From contig NC_068992.1 of assembly GCF_001194135.2 (NCBI RefSeq), positions 21,283,529 through 21,347,528 on the forward strand: 64,000 bases of DNA, read 5' to 3'. Positions 41,505 to 53,784 of the stretch are shown in pieces. The stretch's first letter is position 1. The number at the start of each line of letters is the position of its first letter. The notes beneath the pieces are model-generated. The model searched no databases, had not been told where the DNA came from, and worked only from the letters and a program-made list of their open reading frames with translations. Source of the stretch: Octopus bimaculoides (lineage: Eukaryota). The translations under genes were made by a program, and so were the position numbers.

Positions 41505-43974
41505 GTACGTATGTATGTGTCACATATCAAGGAACGGAAAGGCATTGGAAATGTAACGAATATATCTTTCCCACATCTCCACTAGTGACGCAAATAAATT
41601 TTAATTCGGAAATGAAACGACACCACATTCTCGAAATAAGAGCAGCATAACTCTTACTCTATCTTTATTAATAGAGTATTCTAGATGCATGGAGGGAGCG
41701 GAAAGCAATAAAATACATAGAATGAATGAGTGAGGAAGGAAGGAAGGAAGGAAGGAAGGAAGGAAGGAAGGAATCAATGGACTATTATTTCCTTTCTGAA
41801 TTATGTTCTATAATTCTTCTGTCGGAGGTGTTGCTTACAAATTTAGAAACATAAGAATTTGATGTTTTAAGAATATGTATAAAAATTTCCATCCAGGTTC
41901 AATAAAAATGGAAGTTATCCCATTGCGGAATTGGTTTTCAGCGTATCATTACAATATTGATCGAACATAAGATTATTATATTTTAGTTATACTTTACGAA
42001 AGCATTTAATAAAACTTAATTATTGTTGAGTATTCCACAACTTGAAAATTGTTGGATTACGAAACATGCAGTGCAAGCTACACAGTAAGCTTTGTTATAA
42101 ACAAACGTTATGATTTACCTTAAGACCATTAAAAGATAACGAAGTGCTTGATATGTCCTTCATGATTTCATATCCTATGTCTAACGCTTAAATATTTTCG
42201 TCTATATAGTTATGAAGGCGTTCTGTAATCGCGATCATAGAATCAAATATAGCACAAGACTATTGAAAGAAGACACACAAAAGGCTCTGTCGCGTTAAAC
42301 CTTTATAGTGGAAATCTTCTGGCAAGAAATATGTTTTGAAAAATAATTTAACATGTTAATTAATCTGCATTTAGTCACCACTATTAATTGAGCATATACT
42401 TAACTTTTTATGTGTCAATACTTCAATACATATTTTAGAAATATACCAACAATGGTGCAAAATAATCCCATGGTTTTGAATTTTCTCATATATATGACAT
42501 ATATGAATATGTACCAAACCAAACCCTATGCAAATCCCTTCTGGATTTATAACATGTGGATTAGATAAGAATTGGTATCTACTCAGATGACTGTATGAAG
42601 CCATGAAATATTTGACTAAATATCTTGTCAGAAACAAAGTCAATAAATCAAGAATTCCTATCTGTTAGAATGGGGTTACAAAAAGTATTGCTTTTATGAG
42701 TCATATTTAACAATGGAATCCTGTTTAACTTCATGCGTATTGTTTCTTTATTCATCATATCCAAGCTAATAATGACTGTTATGTTGTTTTGCTACAGTTG
42801 TTTTCAATCAAAGTGAGAGAAAGAAATGTCTACACTGCTTTTGTGTACTCTAGGTGTGCCGTGTGTTTGAAAATCTTATTTTATTATGGAAAGAAGTAAA
42901 TATTATCACGAAGGCTGCGTTTATTTTGTATATAATTCCTGAACAAACACTTATAGACAGGGGAAAACAGTCAATGTAATTGTAGTCAATGTCCTCTAGA
43001 CTATTAGAATATTTCAATAAAATTGTGAAATAATGCCTGTAGATCAAAAGCCATCAGCTACACACCAGATAATTTACTTTATAAGATTTATGTTGACGTT
43101 AAATGAATTTATTCAATCACATCACCTGTGATGGTGTTTGGTTTATATTTTGTCATTTCTATTATGTCAAATAGTTTATCAGCCATATGTACATTAAGAT
43201 AGTATTAAACGGAAATTGGGTGGGATGGGGATGGTACGACATAAAGCGATGTTCTGAAATACTCCACATTGAAGTAAAATTTGAATGTAATTATAATGAC
43301 ATAAAATTTAGTTTGATCTTTAATACTTTGAGATATGTTAGTTTAATTTGTCCACGCATTTCCTCTGAATAATAATGGCTAAATAAATGCTGTGTTGTGT
43401 CATTGATGCGTTATCCAAACACATTAAATTTTCAAGCGTCAGTTTTACCCATTTCGATATATTCAACTATATACTATTTGTTTCGTTTTGCTTCGTTTCC
43501 ATAGCACCAAACACATCTAATATTTCAGAGAAGTAGCTTGAATTAATTAAATTCAAGACTCACTGTACATGCAGCTTAACGTTTGTGAATTCCTTTCACA
43601 TACCGGTACTCCACAGTATATGTGTATTTGTGTTTATACCAAGTCTATATATAACAATTTAATAATGAATTATCTTTCAGTAAGTTTAGTAGGTACATAA
43701 TTATTAATTTTTGCAAGGAAAATGCTGACTGTGATTTCGAAGTTTCGGCTTGTTAGCGATCACCAGACAGTGATTTTCGCTGATTCTTACTGACTTAATA
43801 AAATGTTGGAGATGTTGCTGTTTTTTGCTGTTTCTTGTTTTTGTGTTGTTGTTGTTTTTCTTTTGTAATAGGAGTAATGTGAATGAGAATTAAAAGTGAT
43901 GTAGCGACAAGGAAACAGTCAGTGTAGGAAGAGTGATATAGAAACAGATATCTTAGTATCTTTTCTTTTTTGTG

Positions 43975-44679
43975 TTGGTTGATAGCAACCATTGCTCCAA
44001 ATTGTTCCTCAGACCATCACAGAATAGTTATAGTGTTTCATTGCTGGGTTCAATCTTTTCACATCAAATTCTTGATCACAGAGTCTCAAGACCCACACTC
44101 GACCACTGTTAGGAAATAAGCAAATCTGGACGCATCAGAGAATATGACAGTGTCCCAAAATGCTAAAGGCCTCTCAACCATCTCACAGGCCCAATCTTTT
44201 GTACGCTTCATATTTGTTTGTCAAAGATGTTGCTTCCTTCTTCCTGCTCTGCCATAGTAATCAACTTTGTGGAGATACCTGAGAGCTGTTCTGGGACTGA
44301 CATCAACTTGCTCTGCTATATCAGAAGTCTTGCAACAAAGATTATCCTCCACATTTCTCTTCCCAAAGAGAAGAGTCCTGTCAGGTGATGTGGACTCCTT
44401 CCCCTTTGTGGTGAATTGGGCAATCACTCTATTAACTGTAGAAAGCGGGATCCCAAGGTTTTCTTTGATTTTACGCTGACTATATCTACCTTCAGGATGA
44501 CCCACAATAAGGCCTCTTTCAAATTCAGACAGTTCAAAGGCTTCTCTTATATATGGCATGATTAAACAGTCACATATAGAATTTGAAACAAAAATGTCAA
44601 TTAATAAAAAATATAAACCTTTACAAGTTAGAATAAACGGAAAACGATGTTTAATGGGTGTCTATTTACTTCTAACGTA
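43975..44679 (-). mobile_element. Tc1-family transposase pseudogene with 5' terminal region
   Basis: ORF 44221-44559 reads [12 protein letters not shown]...[12 protein letters not shown] (paired-like HTH). Shifted frames continue as WDTVIFSDASRF, GRVWV and SVMV*GTIWSNG (DDE start). The terminus abuts TA at about 44679. Confidence 0.9.
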
Positions 44680-45317
44680 TATATATATATATATATATAT
44701 NNNNNNNNNNNNNNNNNNNNNNNNNNNNNNNNNNNNNNNNNNNNNNNNNNNNNNNNNNNNNNNNNNNNNNNNNNNNNNNNNNNNNNNNNNNNNNNNNNNN
44801 NNNNNNNNNNNNNNNNNNNNNNNNNNNNNNNNNNNNNNNNNNNNNNNATATATGAATATTCTTGTTTATAAATATATAATTCCCTGTGTAAAATTTCGTC
44901 TACATAAATTTGTGTGTGAGTGAGTGTGTGTGCATGTGATTGTTGTATGTGTCTATATGTGTGTATATATGAACATGTGAAAATTTATATCAATACGTTT
45001 TTCTTATAATCACTCTATGAATATTGACTTAATTTTCTTTGTTTTGTTTTTCTTTAACTATTTTGATAGATCCAAAGTTCTTAAACATCCATAAATTCGA
45101 AACGTTCGTGAAGAGAATTGTCACTAATGGAACATTTCAGGAAGTGCTCACAAAGTCCTCAGACGAAATGCAGCCGTTATTGGATACCCTTTCGGCCTTC
45201 ATATCTTGTGAATGACATCACTCACCGTCGGTAACCCCCTGCTTGATTTAATTTAGCTGGTGCCGTTTCATTACCAGCATCTTTCATATCGATATATACC
45301 TTGTTCTCTACTTTGTG

Positions 45318-45712
45318 TTGAAAACACCATGAAACTGAATACAATAGACACAGGAAATGCTTCAGCCATATGGCTCCTAAGTCAGCCCAGCTGTACGCCA
45401 CCTTGAACAAGTGACTTCTACGATAGCTTCAGACTGATTCGTGGCTTCAGAGTAAATTTGGTAGACGAAAACTGTCTGCACGCTGTATATCTATGTGTGG
45501 GTGCATGTTATATAGATATGCGATTGTGTATGACTACGTATGTCCAGGCGTGATCACAGCTTGACTTGTGGGTTTGTTTATGTCCCTGTAAATTATCAGT
45601 CAGTTAGAATTTTACACCAGACTTACAAAAAACGTATGTACCGGGGTCGATTTGTTCGACGAAACTCTTCAAGGTGGTGCCTCTGCATGACCGCAGTCCA
45701 ATGATGAAACGA
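45318..45712 (+). mobile_element. Diverged family A-like SINE
   Basis: caccttgaacaagtgacttctacgatagc ... ggggtcgatttgttcgac...ggtggtgcctctgcatgaccgcagtc...gaaacgag. Confidence 0.7.
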
Positions 45713-46645
45713 GTCTGGGAAAAACACAAAACGATAAAAAATATATAAATTTTGGGTAATTTTCTAGATATAATTACATATACTTTACTTCTTCAATTTA
45801 ATATATTCATAGAAATTGTCTTGTGTTAGTCTTATATCTCATTCTTTTGGTCAAAACAAATAAAATCATATAATTCTCCTCAAATAACACTCAGATAATC
45901 AAAGAAAATATCACTAGTTACATTATAAAAGATTCTCATGACATCCAATTTATATTATACAAGGTAAAGGAAATGGAAACAAATTATTTTCTGTAAATAT
46001 TATTTCCAATAATAAATGATATAATTATATAACAACCATTGGGATAAATTAGGATATATGGTTAAGTAAAAAAATAAAAAAGACATTTACATATCTCTAT
46101 AAAAATCTCTTGATTTTAATTTTCCGGGATTCTTGAAACTCTGAAAACAAAACTTCAAAGAAAAGGCGCATACGTTCTTTGCTGGTAACCTAATATAAAA
46201 AAAAATCTTAGAAGTTAGTTCCAAATAAGTGAAGAGAATCTTTAAAGCACAAAATTGCCACAGGTATGTCTGATGAATGAACATCAAAGTAATCCGTATA
46301 AATCTATATTCTTTGCTAATGTGTTTATGTCATTTTCATTTAACTGCCATCGATTAGATTTTTACAGTCCTTGTATTTAAGGGAGCGATTTTAAGTGAGA
46401 GTCTTTTATCGTCAATTCTGAGAGTTGGTTCCATTAGGATCTAACAGGGATTAATAATTACATTATCGATATCCACCTTCCGGTGTTTCTGGATAGATGT
46501 GAGCAACGTCGGTGTCTCAATAATCGCATTTCATTTATGCGCTCATTAACTGTGTAATAGTATCTGAGAAGAAAATCCTTATAAGACACCGAGCGTTAAA
46601 ATAGCACTGACTACCTCGAACTAGTCGAAGCAACTGACTCCATAG

Positions 46646-46745
46646 TTTGTCGAGGACGATGGATATCGACATTTTGCTGTGTTTGAAGCTCTTCAGCATC
46701 GTTTATTCGAGTCACTTCGGAAGGAAATGCAATCGCTGTTCGAGG
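46646..46745 (+). CDS. Candidate coding exon: FVEDDGYRHFAVFEALQHRLFESLRKEMQSLFE
   Basis: Acceptor ctgactccatag (the in-frame TAG directly upstream fixes the boundary) and donor gagg|gtatgt. The 100-nt exon is phase 0 to 1, open, non-repetitive and richer in GC than the flanks. Confidence 0.65.
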
Positions 46746-47889
46746 GTATGTATGCAAATAGCATGGAGTTTATCTACTAATGCGCAACATCGCCGCGCAA
46801 GTGAAAAGAAATTAAAGTTTGATTTATAAGTAGTATTTCCAATGTTACATATTGAAAACACCATGAAACTGAGTGCAATAGACGCAGGAAATGCTCCAAC
46901 CATATGACCCTAGGTCAGCCCAGCTGTGCGTCACCTTGAACAAGTGACGTCTACGATAGCTTCAGACTGATCCTTGGCTTCAGAGTAAATTTATAAGTTG
47001 TATTACTAATGTTACTGCGTGTGTTTTGTTTATGCACTCATTGGCTGAAGGATAGCGTCTGATTTTGACAATATTTTATAACCGTTAAGTATCTAGAAGG
47101 TTATCATATGAGTGATGACGAGACATGCACTAGATCATATATTTGGTTTGACATATTTACTGACCGGGCATTGAAATAGTGACGTTTATGCTTTAATCAT
47201 AGACGTTTATGCTTTAATTATTAAATGTCTGAATATAGTAAAGGGTATGCCATACGTATTTCAGTTACATGCCACTCGATATTAACTTCAAATTCATCTT
47301 GTTGTAGTTGTTATGTAACAATTAGTCTGTAGATACACAGAAAGGAATCAGTCAAACAATGATGGGATGCCTCCCACACATTTGTTGTTCAATATATACC
47401 ATAACGGGAACGGACATTCCGGTACAATCGGATTTGAATTTCATTTCTTTGGTGGATCATAGACTAATTAATAAGAAGAAGCTAGACAAAAGACATCTTA
47501 TTTAATTTATGAAACGAAACAGGTGTCTAATTCCATATTACAGAAAATAAAACGACCAGTAACCTTCACAATTTCAAATAACTGCCTTCTCACGTTATAT
47601 TGATAACCATACGCTCTTCTTTTAATCTTTAGTAGAGATTGTTATTGTCTTTGATATTAGTAAAGACTTTGTTGGCGTCTAATAGGAAAAAAATCCCGTA
47701 GTTATCCACATTTAAATAATCACTTATACCCGGAATGCCTACCAACATGTTAAACAGAATAGTTTTCAACCTCACAAAACAAGGTCACATCTGAGCATTA
47801 AGGCCAACAATTTCAGGGCCTAAATTTGAGTAAGTTAATAGGACACCGGCTGAGTACCAGAGTGGAGTTAACGTTTCGTATTTAAACAG

Positions 47890-47969
47890 CGATGAACGAT
47901 GTTGTATTGTTTCCATGGCCAACGATTCATTTTGAAATATTTCAATACTGTGTTTTTGATATGCTCCAG
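47890..47969 (+). CDS. Candidate coding exon: (A)MNDVVLFPWPTIHFEIFQYCVFDMLQ
   Basis: Acceptor gtttcgtatttaaacag and donor ccag|gtttgg. The 80-nt exon is phase 1 to 0 and in frame with the 46646-46745 exon. Confidence 0.5.
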
Positions 47970-48013
47970 GTTTGGGAAATGGATTTTTGAATTCTACTTC
48001 CCTATTTCCCATC

Positions 48014-48410
48014 GGCGTAGTAGTGGTTGTGTGGTAAGTAGCTTCCTTACCAACCACATGGTTCCGGGTTCAGTCCCACTGCGTGGCACCTTGGGCAAGT
48101 GTCTTCTACTATAGCCTCGAGCCGAGCCAAGCCTTGCGAGATGATTTGATAGACGGAAACTGAAAGAAATCCGTCACATATATGTATGCGTGTGTATATG
48201 TTTGTGTGTCTGTGTTTTTCCCTCCAACATCGCTTGACAACCGATGCTGGTGTGTTTACGTCCCCGTAACTTAGCGGTTCGGCCAAATATCCCGATAGAA
48301 TAAGTACTAGGCTTACAAACAATAAGTCCTTGGGTCGATTTGCTCGACTAAAGGCGGTGCTCCAGCATAGCCACAGTCAAATGACTGAAAGAAGTAAAAG
48401 AGTAAAAGAG
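48014..48410 (+). mobile_element. tRNA-derived SINE family A, full length
   Basis: Head ggcgtagtagtggttgtgtggtaag (A box) ... gggttcagtccc (B box), then caccttgggcaagtgtctt, an internal TA/TG microsatellite, ggtcgatttgctcgactaaaggcggtgctccagc and a (gtaaaaga)2 tail. Confidence 0.92.
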
Positions 48411-49000
48411 TATTTCTGAAATCCTTGAACCTTCCAAAACGCATGGCTACTTTTCGTTTGATTTATCCTAAACACACTTCATGAAGGAACATTTAAGTAC
48501 TACTTTATAACCCAGTATTTCATTACACACTATGTATAAACCAGAAGATGATTTAATAAAGACACACATCACGTTTTACTATGAAACAAGTGACATGCAT
48601 CGAACGTTTTACTCTGTAGCGTCTATATTAAGACCTTGTCACAATTAAATGCATTTCACTGCAAACGTTATTTATAAATTGAAAGATGTTACATTTACTT
48701 TGAATGACGCCTATATCACGAAGCTGGGAATTATTTTATTGCAATTTTCATTTTTCCTGTGTGCGTTGGTAGAAAAGTAAAATCACATTTAAAAATATAT
48801 AATATGAAATGCTAAAGTCTCAACGTGTAGCGTATCGATTCATATATTAGATTTTATCATCTTCTAACATGGTTTTCCTTATATTTTCATTTGAAAAGCG
48901 ATACGATTTAAGGATTGACTTTTAAAATCTAATATTAGAATTTTTCAATGATTGATTGATGGGTTTTAAAAAAAGTATACATATATAAACAGATGAATAG

Positions 49001-49126
49001 AAAGCTTCTCATGCAAATATTATTGAATGTTTAATAACAAGAAAACTTTCTGTCGATGAAAAAATACAAACATTCATTCAACGTTTATTCGATTTGAACG
49101 AAGGCCTGAAATTTCCATCATACAAG
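49001..49126 (+). CDS. Possible coding exon: KASHANIIECLITRKLSVDEKIQTFIQRLFDLNEGLKFPSYK
   Basis: Only one frame is open, and it ends at a strong donor aag|gtaaga (phase 0). The acceptor at 49000 is pyrimidine-poor, so the 5' boundary is uncertain. Confidence 0.35.
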
Positions 49127-50618
49127 GTAAGATAGAATGAGTTTAAGAATTGAGAACCAAATATAAAAAAAAAATGTAAATTCATGGAACATGAAACATA
49201 AATTGATTAATGCAATCTTTTCAGACAAAATGAATTCATCGAATATAATGAAGTATAAAAGATTTATTTTGTGGGCTTGAAGTTCAATTTTACTTTATAT
49301 GAGGGATGAAAATGACTGTGAGAGATCGTGTCTATCGAGAGTGCAGTAGGGTTAGCATGGCCAACATTGGGTTAAAATGGAGAAAGGATCGGACATTTAT
49401 TTATTTTTTTTTTTAGTGCACCAAAGTTGCCGTTTCCAATAAAGTTTGTTGGCGTTTAGAACTGTACTAATTCTAAATGTCTGTCAGGTTTTACAAGAAG
49501 ATAATGAGGTTATATGAGAATATACATTTTTCTAATGATTACGAGCTATAACAACCTATTTTGGATCGGAGTAAGATGAAATCATGCGATAGTGGGATAG
49601 CATAAGTTTAGTTACATTAAATTATGATATCCAACTTCAGTATGTGAGTGAATATAAAATGGGGTTACATTGCCTCCTGTTTGTGGTACTTGCAATAGAA
49701 AGATTTATGAAAGGAAATATATCCAAACTATAATTCACACTCGCACACACATCCAAATTAGAGGCAGCTACTCACACTATTTAATTGTATTTATGTTATC
49801 CGCTCTAGGTGCAGACATAATATGGAGATCCAGGCTCGATCCTACTGCACCAGACCTAAGACAAGTGTTTGATGCAGAAACTTCTGTTCGTTAATACTTT
49901 ATAAATGGAATTTACTCGAGGAATAGTGCAAAGAATCCTGTAATATGTCTATATTCCTGTGGTAATGTTTTAAATTCACATTTAGTTCCGCCGTTTTATG
50001 ATGAAATTTAACCGAGCGATTCCATAAATCGAAATCATTAAAATAAATAACAGACTAAAATTCGATACGATCAACTAAAACGCTTGAAGTTGGTGCCTGA
50101 AGAATATCACATTTCAATGACTGAAAGCAAAAAAAAAGAATATATTTTTAATCTATGTTGATTGTTATAACTCATTGAAAGTAAATATTTAAAGTACACA
50201 AACTCCAGTATTTGATTTTTAATGATTTAGAGTTTATATTACATGATATAATGAGAAGAGGAGAGCCAAAATCCATTGAATTCAAATACTATGTCGAAGA
50301 ATAAAGAGGCATCTTATAGGTTACTGAAATAGTAAGCAGCGCATCAAGAATTTGAAACCAGGTCGCTAGTCAAAAAGCCAGAGAAATTTGTTAAACAGCC
50401 GTCGGATTAAGCAAATCATATAAAGAAGTCTAAAAGAATTTTCTTAATTCTATCTTTCAATATAATGAAAATATATTTGAAAATGTGCTTGATTTTTTAT
50501 TTTTTATCTATTTATTTTCTCTTTTGTTGATGAATTCCGTGTTTTCGGACGTATAAGGTACTCTCTGTCTCTCTCTCTCTCTCTTTATATNNNNNNNNNN
50601 NNNNNNNNNNNNNNNNNN

Positions 50619-50649
<31 letters not shown>

Positions 50650-50904
50650 TGCAAACAGAGTTAGCGGTTATAATAACCGACAAAGGGATAAAATATCTGT
50701 ATATACGATCGGTATCCGTTACCTGTATTATCTCCGGGCATTGGTGTGCCTGCACACCAATGCATGTAGAGTGCAGATAACACTAGGAAAAACAAGAGTT
50801 TATCAGGAACCAATGCAAATAATTAGAAAATAGAGAAAACCACAGATTAACAAACACATCCATTGGACCACATTTATAGCTTATTTTTTTATACTAAGTA
50901 CGAC

Positions 50905-51275
50905 ATATCAAAATAGGTACCGTAACATATCTACATCACCTATTTTGTTACGGCATGGTTTGTATTAAAAGACTAGAAAGAATATTTGGACTCGAGTTCC
51001 CCTCGCGTTCTCCTGATTGAACAGCTCCAATTTCTACTTCTGAGAGACCCTAAAGGATGTCGTGTATCTTAGAAAACTAAGACAAGAAATTGAAAATGCA
51101 CGTGCAACAATCTCACTGGACACTTTGGCTAACGCTGCCCACGCAGTATCTTGCCGTACGTATAAATGTCTGGATGCTAATGGCCAACACTTTAAGCACC
51201 TCCTATAATTGTAGAGTCCAAAGTTAACTTGTATTAATCACGTAAATAAATTTAGCATTAAAATATTCATACAGA
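50905..51275 (+). mobile_element. Tc1/mariner (maT-like) transposase C-terminal remnant
   Basis: EFPSRSPD*TA..FYF..LKDVVY..LRQEIENARATISLDTLANAAHAVSCRTYKCLDANGQHFKHLL* matches the WPPRSPDL..DF.LWG.LK..VY...C....G.HFEHL pattern. Confidence 0.75.
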
Positions 51276-51277
51276 AT

Positions 51278-51527
51278 TTATTGTCTGGGGAGAGTCATTT
51301 TGTTTTAGTGTCTTATTACTTAAAACTCTCACCGGTTCACTTTCCTCTCATTTACTTATTTACTTTTTCTAAATTTTCGTTGCGTCTTGCCAACGACTAT
51401 TGAAGAGGTTTCAAGATGCAACGAAAATTTTAGAAAAAATAAATAATTAAATGAGAGGAAATCGAACCGGTGAGAGTGTTAAGTAATAAGGCACTAAAAG
51501 AGAATGACTCACCCGCAGACACAATAA
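51278..51527. mobile_element. Palindromic MITE/foldback element, ~110-bp arms and ~22-bp spacer
   Basis: The left arm ttattgtctggggagagtcatt...aattttcgttgcgtcttg is reverse-complementary to the right arm caagatgcaacgaaaatt...aatgactcacccgcagacacaataa. Confidence 0.85.
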
Positions 51528-51637
51528 AATATGCTTCAACACACGAATTCACATAAAGTACTTTGCAAACCAAATACAAAAACGGAATATTTATAGAGTT
51601 TTCCTTTCCTGAAGTGTGTATACATCTTTTTGGCGGA

Positions 51638-51679
<42 letters not shown>

Positions 51680-51680
51680 G

Positions 51681-53133
51681 TACTAGCTGACGTGCCCGGT
51701 AATTCCTGGAAGAACGGGGATTATCCCTTGTTCCCCTTCTCATAATTGTTTCGCTAATCCAATTGCAACAATACAAAGTATGTAGCCCTTAAAACGGTTT
51801 TTCTGCATTTACCGAGAATACCGAACCGTCTTACATAGGATCTTGTTTTTAGGAAACCTCAAGAAGTTATGAATACCAAAATCGTAAAGACAGTGTCTTC
51901 GTTGTAGAGTACGTCTTCACAAAACAGCAACATTACTATCAATATCAATATAAATTAAGAAAGTGTTCTCATATGTAAACAGCGTGTGGCATTTATGAGG
52001 ACAGTAAATATGACAAGTAGACAAAGGAAAAGTAAAGGATTTTAAATGGATTATTTCCCCTTTGCTGTTAAAGAAAAATAAAATGTACATCTTAAGAAAA
52101 TGTCAACACAGCTATCAATATAGATTAAGACGGCGTTCCTACATGTAAACAGCGTGGGAAGTTTATAAGGACAATGCAGATTGCAATGTTATTGATAGAT
52201 AAATGGCAGTTTCTGTCTTCTTGTGTGTTTGATTGTTACATAGAGCACATCATTACAAAACATTAACACACCTATCAATATAAATTAAGAAGGTGTTCCT
52301 TCATGTTAACAAGGTGTGACATTTGTGATGACAGATTTGTCTAAAAGCATAACAGTTCTTCGCACATCGCCTTTCAATTGGCTGAAGTGACATGAAAGGC
52401 ATCATCGTTCATGGTGTGTTCGTGAACAAGTCGCTAACCGAAATAAGTGGATCTATTGTTGAGGAAAATACTGGGTGAAGTGCGAAAATAGCCTTTACAG
52501 TTCAGATACTAAGAAATAGACATACTCACCTTCATTTGTATTAAATAAAATGTAATGTTATGAATTTTTTTGGCACGGTTGCCATGGAAACAGTATGTTA
52601 ATGGTAAACTTTGCAAATAAGTTGTGGCATTGATATCTCCATAAGCCGTGGTGAGATTTTATTCAAATTTATTTTAAATTAAAGTTTTAAATGAATGAAA
52701 TGTCATTAAATTTATTTATTGACTTAGGACATGAGTTAGATTGATAGTAAAATCACTGCATTTGTCTGATAACGTCTTGTAAGAAAGTCCACGTAACGTT
52801 GAACACACACGTACAACGTAACCATTGGCAACTGGTCACTCTGAAGATATTGCTTCTCTAATAAATGGAGGGACAAATGACCAGTGGGCAATAGAGAAAA
52901 ATAAAGAAAAATGAATGGGTTATTTGCCCTTGGCTTTTAATGGAAAATAGATGGGTTGTACCTGGACTAATTCTACGGGCCGTAATCGTCCAATTATAGA
53001 TTTTTATTAAACTGCAATGAACCTAATAACAAACAGGATGTTACTTTAACATGTATGCAAAGTTTCACGAAGATTCATTAACAAGTGTAGACGGCAACTT
53101 GACAGAAACAAACAGACATCCAAACAGAATGCC

Positions 53134-53140
<7 letters not shown>
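51681..53140 (+). mobile_element. Non-autonomous Helentron/HINE-like element with internal dispersed repeats
   Basis: Starts tactagctgacgtgcccgg in a (TA)n tract and ends gcaaagtttcacgaagattc...aaacaaacagacatccaaacagaatgccgtttata, termini typical of HINE/DINE-like elements. Three related ~70-bp blocks start at 51936, 52112 and 52272. Confidence 0.65.
52578..52591. promoter_or_regulatory. RFX X-box consensus match inside the HINE-like element
   Basis: gttgccatggaaac fits GTTNCCATGGNAAC. Sequence match only, with no evidence of function. Confidence 0.3.
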
Positions 53141-53180
<40 letters not shown>

Positions 53181-53739
53181 AAGAGAGGGAGAGTCAGAAG
53201 AGACATATATATCTATATATGAAAATATATGGAAAAAGGGGAAGAAAAAGACGGGGATCGATATACATGTATATTAACATATATGTGCATATAAGATAAA
53301 AACAAAATTAGGAAAAATTCTTTGAGAAGTTTAATATAGAAAATGTTAATATTTTACTCAATATATACTACTGGTTTCAAATTTTAAGACGATATCATCA
53401 TGGTATATGTCAGGGTAAAACAAATCAAAATAAATTAAAATAATCAACATATCAGTACTAGGAGTTCATACATATGTCTTTCGTACAAAAATTGAATTTA
53501 GTTGCTTTTCTTCTGATGTCAGCTGTGTCACAACAGCATCATGATCACTTTGACAAACATCATAACATTTTGATTGCAGATTTTTTTTCTTCTCTAATAA
53601 TATAAATCTACTCGTATGGAAGCTCTTAACATTTTCTAAACACACACAGACACACAGACACACACATATATACACAGACAAACGTATTCTTACATGTACA
53701 TATATATATTCACACATACGTACACATGTACGTACATAA

Positions 53740-53784
<45 letters not shown>

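Noticed and set aside
47785-48322. Minus ORFs 47785-48057 and 48047-48322
   Set aside because: They read through a SINE and antisense to the candidate exon. No protein-like features.
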